From the NCBI GenBank assembly GCA_963726195.1, contig CAVSBO010000003.1:672001-736000 (forward strand): a DNA stretch of 64,000 bases, read 5' to 3'. The DNA is from Candidatus Thorarchaeota archaeon (GTDB lineage Archaea; Asgardarchaeota; Thorarchaeia; Thorarchaeales; Thorarchaeaceae). The position numbers and the translations under genes were made by a program. Below are positions 21,126 through 34,344 of the stretch, piece after piece. Position 1 is the stretch's first letter, and every line of letters begins with the position of its first letter. The notes beneath the pieces were generated by a model, which saw only the letters and a list, made by a program, of their open reading frames with translations, did no database searches and was not told the DNA's origin.

Positions 21126-24100
21126 CTATTTTTCTCTCGTGAGACTCTTCACAAGTTCATCGATGAGATACTTGGGTAGCTTCTTGGCCTGTTCCATGAT
21201 GGTGTCGATTTCGTGAGCCGGCACTCCCTTCTGCTCGAGTTGCTTCTTCAACTCCTCGAGCTCGTACTGGCTCAGCTTCTCGCCCGTTACAATCTCCTCA
21301 GCACCGGCAGCCGGAGGCGCCCTCCTGAGCCCTTCGCCAGCTGGAGCAGGCACCTTAGGCTTCTCAGGCAGAAGGATTATGCGCTCTTCGGGGACTTCCT
21401 CGACGACTTCGGGGCCAGCCTTCTCACCCTGCGCCTCGCCCATTCTTTTCTCAGCTTGTACCTTGAGCTCTGCCATTACTTGGTCGAGTGTCTTGCCCTC
21501 GCGACGTGCAGTACGCAATGCTTCCTGGTTGATCACTTCTTTCACGAAGGCGGCCTGCTCGCTGATTTTCATTTTCGATATGTCAGCCTTGAAATCGTCC
21601 AGTTCTTGCTGGCTAAGATGAGTAAGCATTGATAGCTCGATCAGAAGCTCGCCCATCTCAGGGATTTCCACAACGACTGCCTCAGATGGCACTTGTACCG
21701 CAGTCTTGACCAGCTTCAATTCGACGAAGGTGTCGTTGTACAGGTCTGCCACCAGCTCCTGTCGTGACTTTACGCCAGTAATGGGCTTGGGCATCTTGCC
21801 CTTCCTGATTGACTTGATGAGACCGTTTATCTCGCGAAGCCGCTTCGGCACACTGAAGACTCTCAACCACAAGACAAACAAGGTCATTATTATGAAGAAA
21901 GCTGGAGCAGCGAACGTCACGGCGGTCGTCATGATCTTTTGAGTATCGGTTGGGAGGGCAGTGACGATGATTGACTTGGAACCACTAGAGAAGTTGCCCT
22001 TGGATAGAGTAATGTCAACATAGAGACGACTCTCCTGCAAGCCAATCGGAATGAGACCTGGGTCGGCGAAGATTGTGAGCTGGTACGTTCCACCGCCTAG
22101 GTCCGTGGTTGTTGTTACCAAGCCAGAACTCGCATGGATAGTGATGTTAGCATCCTCTATTCCTTGCCCGCCATGAAGAGACCAGTTGTCGTAATAATGG
22201 ATAGTGAATGTCTTGGTCTCTCCGTAGAACATGGAAAAGGCGTCACCCGGTAGCCCGTCAAATGTGAAAGCAGTTGGGACTGGGATAATCTTGATCAGGA
22301 GATCAATGTGTGCGTCCCGCCTATTGTCGATAGACAGGGTGAGGCTGAAGCGATATGCGTCTGCTTGAATCCTGAAATCGGTGGTGCGCAGGGTTAGCCT
22401 GTAGTAGCCCCCAAGGATACGCGCAAGGGTTTCATTTGTTCCGGAGGTGTAACCCGGATACAACCACGCATCGTACGAAGCGCCATCAATGCCGCCCCAG
22501 AAAGATGTGTTCTGTGGCCATACCGTGGCGTTGAAGAAGAACAGCAAACTGAGGTCATCGCCATACGCTACTTCGTAGAGCTTTTGTCTGGATCGTACAC
22601 CCCATTTTGGTAGTCCACCTTGATGGCAGTAGGTATCTTGCTTACTATCAGGTAGAATGATCCGGATGATGGCACGTAGTTGTCATAGTAGAACGAGAGA
22701 GTGATAGGATACGTACCCGGTTCAACGAGGGTAGTATCGATGAAGATGGAATACGTTCCATTGCCCAAGTATTTTGCATTGTGATGCCCATTGAGCCAGT
22801 AGTATGATGCGTTGACAATGTGGCCGAAGGAGACGTTGGCTATCCCAATCTTGGTATCACTATTCAAATAGCTGAAGTTAAAGGAACCGTTCCAGCCCCA
22901 ATACTTCTCCTGCGAAGTTGGTGCAATGACGGATGTAGGAATCCTCTGAATCACTACTATGACTACCGAGCCAGAGTCAGCGAATTGCGGGTCTTGGCTG
23001 TGGGCGGTTATCCAGAAAGTGTATGAAGTCGCGGCCAGCTCGGACGTGTTAAGCCAGTAGTAGTAGTGGCCGGGTGAGGATCCGTTGAGAGTGAAGAATC
23101 CGATCTTCTCGCCTGCGTGCCACATGACATCAGCATCAGAGCGGTAGTAGTCCGGATCACTCTGGGATAAGTTAGCAGTAACCCATACGCCGATTCTCAC
23201 CATTTCGGACCAGTAGAATGTCTTATTCACATACGTTGCAGTGCCACTATCTGGCCGGGTATACGTAGTTACCTGTGTGACAGCCAGCTGAATCGAGGTC
23301 GATGCAGTCTGATGGTTGGGCCTTGTGGCTACTATGGTAATCGTGTACAGATTGCCAACACCGGCCGCTGCCGTGCCTAGGACATACTCATAATGTCCGT
23401 CTCCCATGGAAGTCATATAATCTGTCCTTGCAACATCGAAGTGCCAAGATATGCTAACGACCGCATCGGTTACTGGCACGTTATTGTATGTGTCATTCAA
23501 GTATACAGTAATCGTCCAAGGCGCACCTCGCGGCAGCGTATTCGATAAGGCGTCCGGCGTGACGGATGTTGGTAGCATTTGAACGTTAAGTGAAATCTGA
23601 GCATCTGTCACAGCATAGTTGTTCTTGACCGCGTGCAGTGACACAGTGACGCTGCCCCACGACACGAGCGAAGTGTCAAGACTTACAGAGTAGTTCCCAC
23701 TTGGTGAGGTCGGAGCAAGGCTTCCTGAATGCGTTCCGAAAATGTAAGTAACCGTCACTCCTGATACGAGCACATGGTGTAGGGTGTCATTGATGAGGAC
23801 ATGAATGACAATCGAATCGCCCCAAAACACCGACGGACCTGCTTTGAGGTCGCTCGGGACTACGATGGAAATCGGAATGGCCTTGAGGAATATATCAACC
23901 AAGAGCACCTGTATCGTGTAGTTCGCCTTGGATGCCTGTATCTGCATCGTCTGAGAGCCAGTTGGCATCCCGGTGGTGGTGAAATTCACTCCGTATCGTC
24001 CTGAACCAAGGTACGTCCACGATGTGGTTGACCCCCAAGTGATGGTCAACGTAGCGCCCGCCAATCGTGTCCCAGAATCAGTGTCGGTAACGTTCACGAT

Positions 24101-27100
24101 GAGGAATGCGGGGTCGCCTGCATAGAGATTTGACGGGACGGACGCAACGGCCACCGCATTTCTGTATCGGACTTGGAACTGGACCTGTCGCTCCACCAGA
24201 GTACATGGATACCAGTTGAAGGTAATCTTCAATGATTTCAGGCCCGCAAGCCCTGAGTCAGAGATGTTCACAGTGATCCGGTACAGACCTCCACCTAGCT
24301 CAGTAAGTGTCCAAGTCTTGGGCTGGGCACCAGGAACGTAGATGACACTCACATTGCTCTTGGTCACGCCTGTGATACCGTGCAAATGATCGGTGTCTGT
24401 GAAGGTCACGTTGATTGACACGACCTCATAGTAGGGCACAGTTGAAGGAACCGGTACGCCTGCCGCCAGGTCAGCCGAAATCAACCTGACTGTGCCACCG
24501 ATGGACCGAGGAGTCTGGTTAGAGTAGTACGGCACGGTGGCTGCGTTCCACAGGACTGCCAAGGTAAACGTGTATGACCGTATTCCTAGGAGCCTATTCG
24601 TATTCAGGCGAATGGTGTAGGTGCCGGTGTTCACGCCAGTGCCTTTCACAAGTGTGTAGTCGGTACCTACTTGGAGACCCGGTTTCTGGACGCAATCGAA
24701 TTGCACGATGGCATTTGCTATGCCCACGCCTGTATCAAGATCCTTGTAGTAGAACGTGAGATTCAGGAGGTCACCCATAGGAGTGTTGTCTATCGGGTTC
24801 CAAGTGAGGGCCCCCACCCTGTTCGTCGTGGTGATTCGAACAATGGTTGTAGCATTTGCGTAGTAGGGCACGACATTAAGCCAGTAGACTTTCACCGTTA
24901 TCTGGTAGTTCGTGAGCAAATGACTACTCAGTATAGTCGAGTTGATAGTTATGTCATATGTACCAGCAACAGAACCTGTTGCAACGCTGTATTGACCGGA
25001 GGTCAGATACTTTGTGCCATTGAGAATGAGAATGTTGCTTGATATGCCGTTGATGTAGTATCTTCTTTCGACGTCCGAGTACGCAATAGTGAATACGACG
25101 TTGTCAAGGTAACGTGTTAGTGATGGCGGCGTCACAACATCAACCGTTGTGATTCTCCGAATTACCCCGATATCGACGGACCTCGAATTGTTGGCGTAGT
25201 ACGGAGTCCCAAACCAAGTCGCATAGGCGACTACCGTTGTCGTGGTGATGCCATCCAGCACTGTTGAGTTCACAGAGATGGCCCACACTCCAGCCGAAGT
25301 CTGGACCGCTAAGTATTGTGAACCTAGCGTCAGAAGCGTGCCATTCTTCTTCAAAGAGATCGTGGCAGACCCGATGCCTTTCCCACCAGCATCTGCATCT
25401 AGGTATGTGAGTGTGAAATTGGCGTAGTCAAGATACGGGGTTGACGAGGGTGAGGAAGCACTCAGACTTGTTACCCTTGAGCGCAGCTGGAATGTGATGT
25501 ACGCATCATCCCAAGCATAGAATGGGACCTGATTCGCATAAGTCATGTTGATATGCAGTGTGTAGACCGTACCAAGTTTCAGCCCAGCGTGATTGTATGT
25601 GGAGACTGTAAGGAGGTAGTAGCCGAACGCGGGCTGCCAAGAACAGACAAAGAGCCAGCTGGTTCCATTGAGTATCCGAATTGAAGTCAGTCCTGTGCCG
25701 TTCCCAATCGACGTGAGCCTGAGCAAATCCTGATAGTGGACCTTTACCTGAATTGAAGAGTTGTAAGCGACCTGGTCTATCGGCTCGGACGAGAGAAGCG
25801 TAACCCGCTGCATTATGTTGAACTGTTTTGTTGAATTAGCGATGGGCATGTAGAACTCTGGTCTTGTGAGGACTATCCTTAGTGAATAGATACCCGGAGA
25901 CGACTTGTAGGTTGTGTTGAGCTGGATGGAGTAGCTTCCTCCTCCGGCCGCCGTGACCTTGTATTTGCTTGCAGATATGGGAATTACCCCATCGTAGAGC
26001 GTGACGGTCGCCCCGTTTATTCCCTGAGAGGTGCCAGTCACATCAGTCCAAGTCACAACAAATGTGACGTTATCAAGATAAGATGTCGGAGCAGGAGTCT
26101 GATAGTCCAAGACTGCCTGTCGAGCAATCACCACTAAACTCATTGACTGACCAGTCCGGTTGCCATAGAACGGTGACCCGGCCCAAGTTATGTTCATTGT
26201 AAAGGACTTCGAACCAAGCGGCGCAAGTCCTATCGGAGACTGACTACAGTTGAAGGACACGGTGAACAGCTTCGTGACGCTGTTGTAGCTGAGGGTGTAG
26301 CTGAGAGAGGCTCAGCTTGATTGTCATCTTCACGTTGTTAGCGATGGGTACGTTGCCGCCTCCAGTGACATCATCAAACGCGAACGTGAACGTCGCGTTC
26401 TGGCCCCATGCTGTGGGCGACGGCGGAGTTGTGATAGACACGAGCGTGTCTCGCGGCTGAATGCGAACTGAAATCACATCAGTACGGTTGGTGTAGAAGG
26501 GCGACACACCCTTGGTCCAATTGATGAACACGTTCATGTATATGAGACCGGTGTGAGTGAACAGTGTCGTATTGAAACGAATAGAGTAGTTTCCTCCACT
26601 TATCCACCAGATCTTGACTTTCGACAGGTTCACCGATTCACCTTGGAAGACAACCCTGATATGCACATTGCCGGAACTGTTGTCAATGCCAGTGCCGCTG
26701 AGTTGAGCGTAGAGGAACACGTAGCTCATATTGTTGAGATATGCGGTCGGCTCAGCTGCCACGAGCAATGTGTATTTGGAGTCTGTACCGACGAGATTGA
26801 CGCTTGTCGACAGGGTCTTGTTCAAGTACTTGTAGACAGACCCCGTCCAGTTGAAGTAAATCGTGAAAGTCCGGAGACCTAGACCAGCAAACTGAGATGC
26901 AGGAATCCTGATGATGTAGAAGCCAGCTCCTAGGACTGTGTCATTGTACAATGTTGAACTCACAGAGCCTGTTGAGTTGGTTACTTTGTGGTGAACATAG
27001 CTTGACTTGATACCAGCAACGTTGTCAAGGTCACCGTAGTACACTGATACGTTGATCATACCGTTGTAGGATGTGGGCTGAACGGCACTGACCAGCCGAA

Positions 27101-30100
27101 AATCAGTGTTGTGTGTTCGAATCGTAATTGTGATGTTGAAGATGCCGAACTGATAGTTGACACCCTTTGAGAAGTTGAAAGTCACTACATAGTTTGACCT
27201 CAAGGTGTCAGTGTCGAAAGTTGTGAATGTGATGCTGTATCTCTGCTCCGCAGGAACATATGTTGCGGTCAGGCCCCTAATCCACGTGGTGGCCATCGTG
27301 GCGCCTGATATTGGCTGGTTGCGGTCTGTGTCCCGGAAGCTCATATAGAAGACGGGACTGTTGCCAACAGGAATGTCAAGTGTGCCGACTGTCGGAATAG
27401 CCGAAGTGTAGGCAATTCTGATTGTCAAAGTAAATGTCAGACTTCTTTGTCTCATATTGAGGTGCAGATGCGGTCAAGTTGAAGACACGGTCTCCCTTGG
27501 CTAGACCCGTAACGTTCAACATCAACTGATAGATGCCGCCGCCCAAGTTCTGAATCCCATAAATCGTAATGCCTTGAGCCGTCACGGTTGCTGTGGTGAT
27601 ACCCCTGTTCCGGTCCACATCTGTGTAGTTCAAAGTGACTGCAATGTCAATCCCGTAGGGCGTGGTAACGTGTGGGTAGTTTGCAGACGACAGGTAGCTT
27701 CGGGCTGGTCGGTAGCTGAACGATATCACGAGCGAAGCTGTGCCATAGTTCGGGTTTGATGGCGTAACGGTTATGGTGATTGTATAGAAATTCATGTTGA
27801 GATATGCACTGCTTATGGTAAGGTTGTACCTGCCATTACCCAGCGCTGTGACAGTCTTCGGGAAGGTGTATGTCGAGTTCTTTACCGTAAACTCTGCTGC
27901 AGTGATGCCATTGATTGGATTGCCATTGTATTGGTTGCCCAGTTCGCTCACATTGAAACGCAGGATGATACTGAAACTGTCTCCGCTCGGGAAGACCAGG
28001 TCGCTGGGCTCGTTGTAGAGATAAGTTCCCAAGCTCACAATTGTGATCGAGAATGTATACGAGGCCGTATCGTAGAACTTGTTTGTCTGCACGCATGTCA
28101 CTGTTAGAGTAATGCTATGCGCGCCAACTGACCAAGTGCGAGTGTCCAGTCTATGAGTATAGTTAGTGAAAGTCTGAGTCCCGAGAGCGCCAGCGTTGTA
28201 CGATACGCCGTTTGTTGTAACGTTACCTATTGGAACTTGGATGGCGTTGTCCAAGTCCGTGAAGACAACGGTAACACGAGTGTAGTTTCCGTAAGGTGAC
28301 AGCATTCCTCCACTGACGGACAGCGACGTGCGATGAGCCCTGATTTGAATACTGAATGTACTTGACGCGGCGTCATAGTACTTGTTAGAGGTGATGCAGG
28401 TTGCTGACACGCCGGTGGACACTGAGCCAACAGTCCATGTGCTCGTAGTAAGAGTAGGAGAATAGCTGACGGCTGGAGTCTGAGTCCCGTAACCGGTTGG
28501 AGTGTATTGAATGCTCGAGACATTCGCCAAGGGAACCTGAACAGCCGAATCTGTATCCCAGAACACAACACTGACAGCTGTATTGTAACCCCAAGGGGTC
28601 GGAGCTGCAACGGAAGCTGAAAGCATCGTATGGTGCGCACGGATCGTTATCACAAAGCTGCCAGCGGCTGAATCGTAGTACTTGTTAGAGGTGACACAAG
28701 TAACTGAAACGCCGGTGGATACTGACCCAATAGTCCACGTGCTCGTAGTGAGGGTGGGAGTATAGCTGACAGTGGGAGTCTGGGTTCCGTAACCGGTGGG
28801 AGTGTACTGAATGGTCGAGACGTTGGCTATTGGTACTGCAGATCCAGTATCTGTGTCCTTGAAGGTGACTGTGATTGGCGTGTTGGACCCCCACGGGGTT
28901 GAAGAGCTTGTCACGGCGCTTACCGTCGTGTGGTGAGGCCTAATCGTGATAGTGAAGCTACTGCTTGCCGAGCTATAGAACTTGTTTGAGGTCACGCATG
29001 TTGCCGTCACAGTGGTCGAGACCGATCCAACTGTCCATGTGTTTGTGGTTAGGGTGGGAGTATAGCTGTTGGCTGGAGTCTGAGTTCCATAACCGGTGGG
29101 AGTGTACTGAATGGTCGAGAACGTTGGCTATTGGTACTGCAGATCCAGTATCTGTATCCCTGAAGGTGACTGTCACAAGCGTATTGAATCCCCACGCGGT
29201 GGAGTTGGCCACCACAGCTGAGATTGTCGTGAAGTGTGCCCTTACTACTAGGGTGACGATTTCCCAAGAGCTCTTGTAGTTCGCATTGTTGGAATTCACT
29301 GTAACGTTGAGGCTATAGCTCTTGACTGTGAGGCCGCTTGAAAGGTATGCGAACATGTAACTGCTTCCATAGGATGTGCCGTTCACAGTGATACTGCTGA
29401 TGTAACCTGAAGCTGAGATGTTGACCCCTCCACCGTCAACATCATACCATGTCACAGTGAATCCGGAGTTGAATCCCCATGGTACTGGGGTAGTGTACTT
29501 GGAGACCACGCTCGTCGTCCGGGGCACGATTGTCAAGGAAATCCGAATAATGCTGCTGTAGTAGTTCGATTTTGACAGTGTAATATTGATCAAGTAGGTT
29601 CCGACAGCCTTGGTGCCAACGTTAATGCTGACTGTGTACTTGCCGCTACCAGAATCAGATACAGTCGCTACGATACCTGACGGGTTCTGGACCGAATTCG
29701 ACGCCCCGGCTATTCCGGCAAACGAGTGATCTGTATCGTTGTAAGTGACAATCTTCGATGTGCTAATCGAGTATGGTGTTGACGCTGAACTTCCGCCTAT
29801 ACCATAAGTTGTAGTGTAGATGTTGCGTACCGTGAACTTGATGCTGACATTGCCAGCCAGAAGGTATGTGCTGCTAGGTGTAGCCTTAATGAAATACACG
29901 TAGTCGCCGACACTCAGGCCTCCCTGCAACGTCACAGTGTAGCTGCCGTTACCGTGGTCTGTGGTACCTACTATTGTGCGGTTAGATGAGATTGTGGCAC
30001 CTGAGATCTTCGCCAAGGAGAAAGCATCGTACAGAGTCACCTTGACGACGAAGTTGTCGCCGTATGGCGCAGAGGCTGGTGTACTATACGTCAAGAAGGT

Positions 30101-32720
30101 CGAATGACTGAGGTCCAAGTTCATGTAGGTGGATGAAGCTGTGTAGTACTGCTTTGAGGCAGCGAAATTGATTCTCCATCGTTTGGCAGTGCCTAGATCA
30201 GTTGTATTCATTGTCTTCTCGTAGTAACCGTTGCCCAGGTCGTCCAGAGTTATCGTGCTCGGACTTGTCCAGTTCATGGTGACCGTTGCACCGCTCACCA
30301 GAGCTGAATTATCCGTGTCAGTGAGTTTCACCTGAACGTACAACAGGTTGCCCACTATCTTCGATGAAGTCTGAGTAGAAGGCGATATCAGGCTGAGACC
30401 TGTGGCATGTTTCACCGTGAAACTGGCGCTATCTCTACCCACTGTCACGGGAAAAGCCTTTGTGCTATTGAAGTTCACATCTGCATACCAAACCCCTGCC
30501 GCCCATGAACTTGTAACAGTAACCCCGGTCCATTCGAAATAACCACTACCATCTTGTGAAGGATCGTCTGCTGCATAGAAAACCTGACCGTTGGGGGCTG
30601 TAAGGAGAAGGCGCTCGGTCGAATTGCTAATAATCGAAGCTCCGCCCCTGAAACATGAGGCATTCCCGACATAGTACGTATACGTGCTTGAGTAGCTACC
30701 GCCGTTGATTCCACACCGCAAACCTGATGTCACTTTGACAGCCGTTAAGACGAATTTCCATATTCCAAAAACGTCCACCACAGAGGATTTTGCCCGTACT
30801 TCGCTGCTCGAAATGGTTACCTCGGACGTTCGAGTTGAACCGTCAGCGTCGGTCACACTGGAAAGAGTCCACGAAGACGGTTTGCTAAGCGACACGTTTG
30901 TGTAAGACACGCCAGCTGGAGGAGAAATCAGAACGTTGGCAGTCCAAGTCACTACCGACCCGTTTGATACGCTAAAGGTCGTGCCAACGTTGTAGCTGTT
31001 GTCAAGAGTACTAAGAGTGGTAGTGATGTTGGCACTAGCGGCTGTATCGAGTGTCACTGCTGACGCAGAAGTGGTACTGTAGCCGACAGACAGCGTTCTT
31101 GGACCGGCCCAAGATCCTGATACTGTATACTTCTCGGGCAAGGCGGCAGGAGTCACGTAGTTCACAAATACGCGTGCTAGGTGACTGCCATCATATCCAG
31201 TTGTGCCCTTTATGGCATTGTAGCATTGGTAGTAGGTCGAATAGGTGAAGTTGAGCATTATGCAGATGTAGTTGCCGCTTGACCATCCAGCCCTCGTCAC
31301 AACCTTCTGTATTGGGCCCGAGATATCAGGGGAGGCATATCTTGTATCCGCCACCCATCCGGTTGGATTCCAGTCAATGCTTGTTGACATCCATGTGTAC
31401 CTAGCCTCCAAGTGAGGAAGACCAGCAGTGAATGCCGAAACGGTGTCTGCATCTGCAAGGTAGATTCTCATATTGGGTGTGTTGCTGGTCCCTGCAGATT
31501 CGACTTCGAGATAGGCAGACGTGATTCCAGCTCCCTTCGGAATACTCAACGGAAACTGCAAACCGACTTGATAAGTCGAGGCAACATTAAAGGCTGATGA
31601 ATCCCAAATACCCACATCCAAAATGCCATCGTCAGCATATCCGTTCAAATCGACACCTGTGCTAGTATCATCATAACAGTCCCTGCTGGCACTGTCTGGT
31701 ACGTATGGGGACACACTTCCAGAAGAAGAACCAGTCACTGTGGTACCGTTCGCTTTCAGAGTGATTTGCTCTGGAAAAGGCCGCACCTGCAAGAGGAATT
31801 CAATATCGTCAAGAAGAACCTCACTTGTACGTGCGTTGGCTTGGGCTCCGCTGAGGTCAGTTGCCAGACCAACGTCGAGAGTCACTTGGCAGGGCACAGA
31901 AGTGGTGAGAAAGGCCGACGCTGGTATGTTTGCTGAACCCTGAAGCCACGTGTCTACCGCGTCACTGGCTTCAAAGACGAACATCTTGACCATAGTGCTT
32001 CCGATTCTGGCAAACACGTAGGTCTGGTTCAACAAAGAGGAGCCCGAGATGACGTTATACATGAAGTTGACAGTTGCAGAATAGATGGCCCGTCGGGGAA
32101 CCTCAACTTGCTGACTCAGGTAGATCTTATCGTTCGCGGTCAGAACGTTGGCAGAAGACCATATAGCCTCAAATTCCCAGCCCATGGCACTGGAGTCGCC
32201 ATAGCCGGTGCCAGTGCCCCAGTCGTTCATCTCGAATATGCCGTGATGCGGGTGCAGGGCTCTGCCTGAACCAACACCATATTCTGACTTCACAAGAGTC
32301 CAGGAATCGGGCTGGATGACTTCCTCACTATCGTAGCTCATCCCGAGCCAGAGTTCGCTATGGTATGCGTCTGAGCTTGCCGTTATTCAGCGCGTCACTC
32401 GACCACATAGACATAGAGTTGATATCAGATCGGACATAGGTCCCGGTCCATCCTGAAGGGACAGTCATCTTGGCGTAACCGGTGGTTGCAGAGTCAATCA
32501 CCAATGGGCCAGCCGAAGTGTTCGTGACAAGTCCTTTGAGGGTAGCAGTCCTTGCGGCACCTGTGCCAGTATACGCTGGTTGCCCAGCGGCATCGAGAGT
32601 CTGGTTCACCAGCTCAGACTCAGATTGAGCATTGAGTGCAACGGGAGTTCCTGCAAAATCCACACCGGTAAAAAGCAACAACACCGTCAAGACTACAATA
32701 GAGGTGCTAATTCTCTTCAC
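21126..32720 (-). CDS. Giant (~3860 aa) type-I membrane surface glycoprotein with Ig-like repeats; split into 6 ORFs by 5 single-base indels
   Basis: Signal peptide at 32720, Thr/Ser/Val-rich beta repeats with many NxS/T sequons, one TM helix, ~240-aa charged cytoplasmic tail. Junctions near 32372, 29120, 27441 and 26303 (+1) and 22582 (-1) restore one continuous frame. Confidence 0.85.
28334..29234 (-). repeat. Three tandem ~300-bp intragenic repeats (100-aa Ig-like unit)
   Basis: Near-identical blocks at 300-nt period, e.g. TAACCGGT.GGAGTGTA.TGAATG near 28490, 28790 and 29090. Confidence 0.9.
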
Positions 32721-33176
32721 TAAAGACTGCCTCCAGTATCGTTCCCAACGTCCGATGAATACGTGATAGCTATCAGACGGCCAGACTGGCCTACTCCAGA
32801 ATGACCTTAGCTGTTGGGTTTTCTATAATAAGCAATTCGGTACAAAGCCATTCGATTCGTCGCAAGGCCGTTCTTTTTTTCGGCCGTCTGAAGCAATCAG
32901 TCAAGATCATCCTCTTGTAGGCCAGTGACCGCAAATCCACCAAGTGACATGCTCCACGGCAATCCGATTCTGATGGCATGCCTCAATGCTTCTCCTGCAG
33001 AATTGTTGACGACGCAACGCATACGGCAGACTACCCGTTCATTTTACACTCTGGCCGACAGGCTCAAAGTGTTGGAAATCGGAGCCCCAGTGCTTCAGTG
33101 CTGCACCCAACTCACTAGCCCAAGTGCCCGCTGAGTAGCAGGCAAGACCTCAACGCAACGGTTTCTACGACAACAA

Positions 33177-33876
33177 TCATGAAAGAGAGTTGAGATAGTC
33201 GAGATATCCAGTAAACCGATAGCCCAGTCGATCCCTCATATCCTCGAGCATCTTGAAGACCTTGTTCGACCTGAGATCTAACGGATGGACACCCAGACTG
33301 TACTGCACCGCCCAGCTCAAGTTCCACTATTGAGTCAACGAACGATGTGCGAGCGGAGCCCTCACTGACAAGATACTGAGCCGTTGTGAAAACCCTTGGT
33401 TCAGCAAATGAGTAGAGCCTGTTGCCGACAACGCAATACCTGAAACCAACAATTCTCGCCGCGTCGACAATCCTCAATGGTGCCTGCCACAGGGGAGGAA
33501 TGAACCCCGTGGGCTTCTGCCCAAGCGTCTTCTCCACATCACTGAAACCAGACCTTAGCCTGGCAACCGCGCGGTCTTGTACCATTCTACTGAACTCGTC
33601 ACCGCCGCCAGATTTCGAGAGATGGGAATACCCGTGCAACGAGATTTCAAGACCAAGGGACTGTAAGTACTTGCAGAATAACTCGCTTTTCTCAAGACTG
33701 TTCGACATCTTCATTCCATAGAAGGGTGTAACAAGCAGAGTAAAGCTCTCAATGCCTATGTCAGTGAACCTATCGACCGTCTTCACAACATCGTCTTCAA
33801 AGGCAGGACTCACATCGTGGAGCGACAACAGGGCAGTCTTGTCGCTCACACTCTCTTCTGTCTTTGACTGCTGCAC
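33177..33876 (-). CDS. Polysaccharide deacetylase/DUF2334-like protein (apparent +1 frameshift near 33297)
   Basis: LHDVSP, EISLHGYSH, GFIPPLW; removing one base gives ..QLGVHPLDLR..GYRF..stop 33177. Confidence 0.8.
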
Positions 33877-33953
33877 TGGGCTCTATCTCCTTCTCGAGGG
33901 TCACGGAACCACCTTGGCTATTAGGCATAACGAAGGTGCTAATCTGAGAACAC

Positions 33954-34190
33954 TCACTTCGGCTTTGTCCATTGCTTGTAAGCTAAGTCGATGTCCTTAT
34001 CGGTTATTGTCTTTCGACCTGTGTGCTCTGTCAACTCGAAGGCGCGTCTTGCAAGGAATTCGCCAACTTCCTCCAAGATTGCCGCAAGCCTCTCTGAACC
34101 CTTGTCACTTACTCGTCCAGCGCCTGCCTTTCGTATGAGACGGTCTACTGGTGCAACTGGGATTATCCGGTCCTTTCTGGATCTCGGCAA
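33954..34190 (-). CDS. Archaeal histone
   Basis: IPVAPVDRLIRKAGAGRVS..HTGRKTITDKDI histone fold; TTG start after GAGGAG. Confidence 0.95.
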   Translation of the reverse strand: MPRSRKDRIIPVAPVDRLIRKAGAGRVSDKGSERLAAILEEVGEFLARRAFELTEHTGRKTITDKDIDLAYKQWTKPK

Positions 34191-34344
34191 AGTGCTCTCG
34201 CTCCTCAGACTGCCCGAAGCAGTCCGCATAAACTCGTATTCCCTCATAGCACTATTAAAGACATTGGTATTCAAGATGAAACGGTCAAGGACTCCGATTC
34301 GGTCTACTATGATAGGAACACACCAATCTCGTGCAAAGAGCTAG

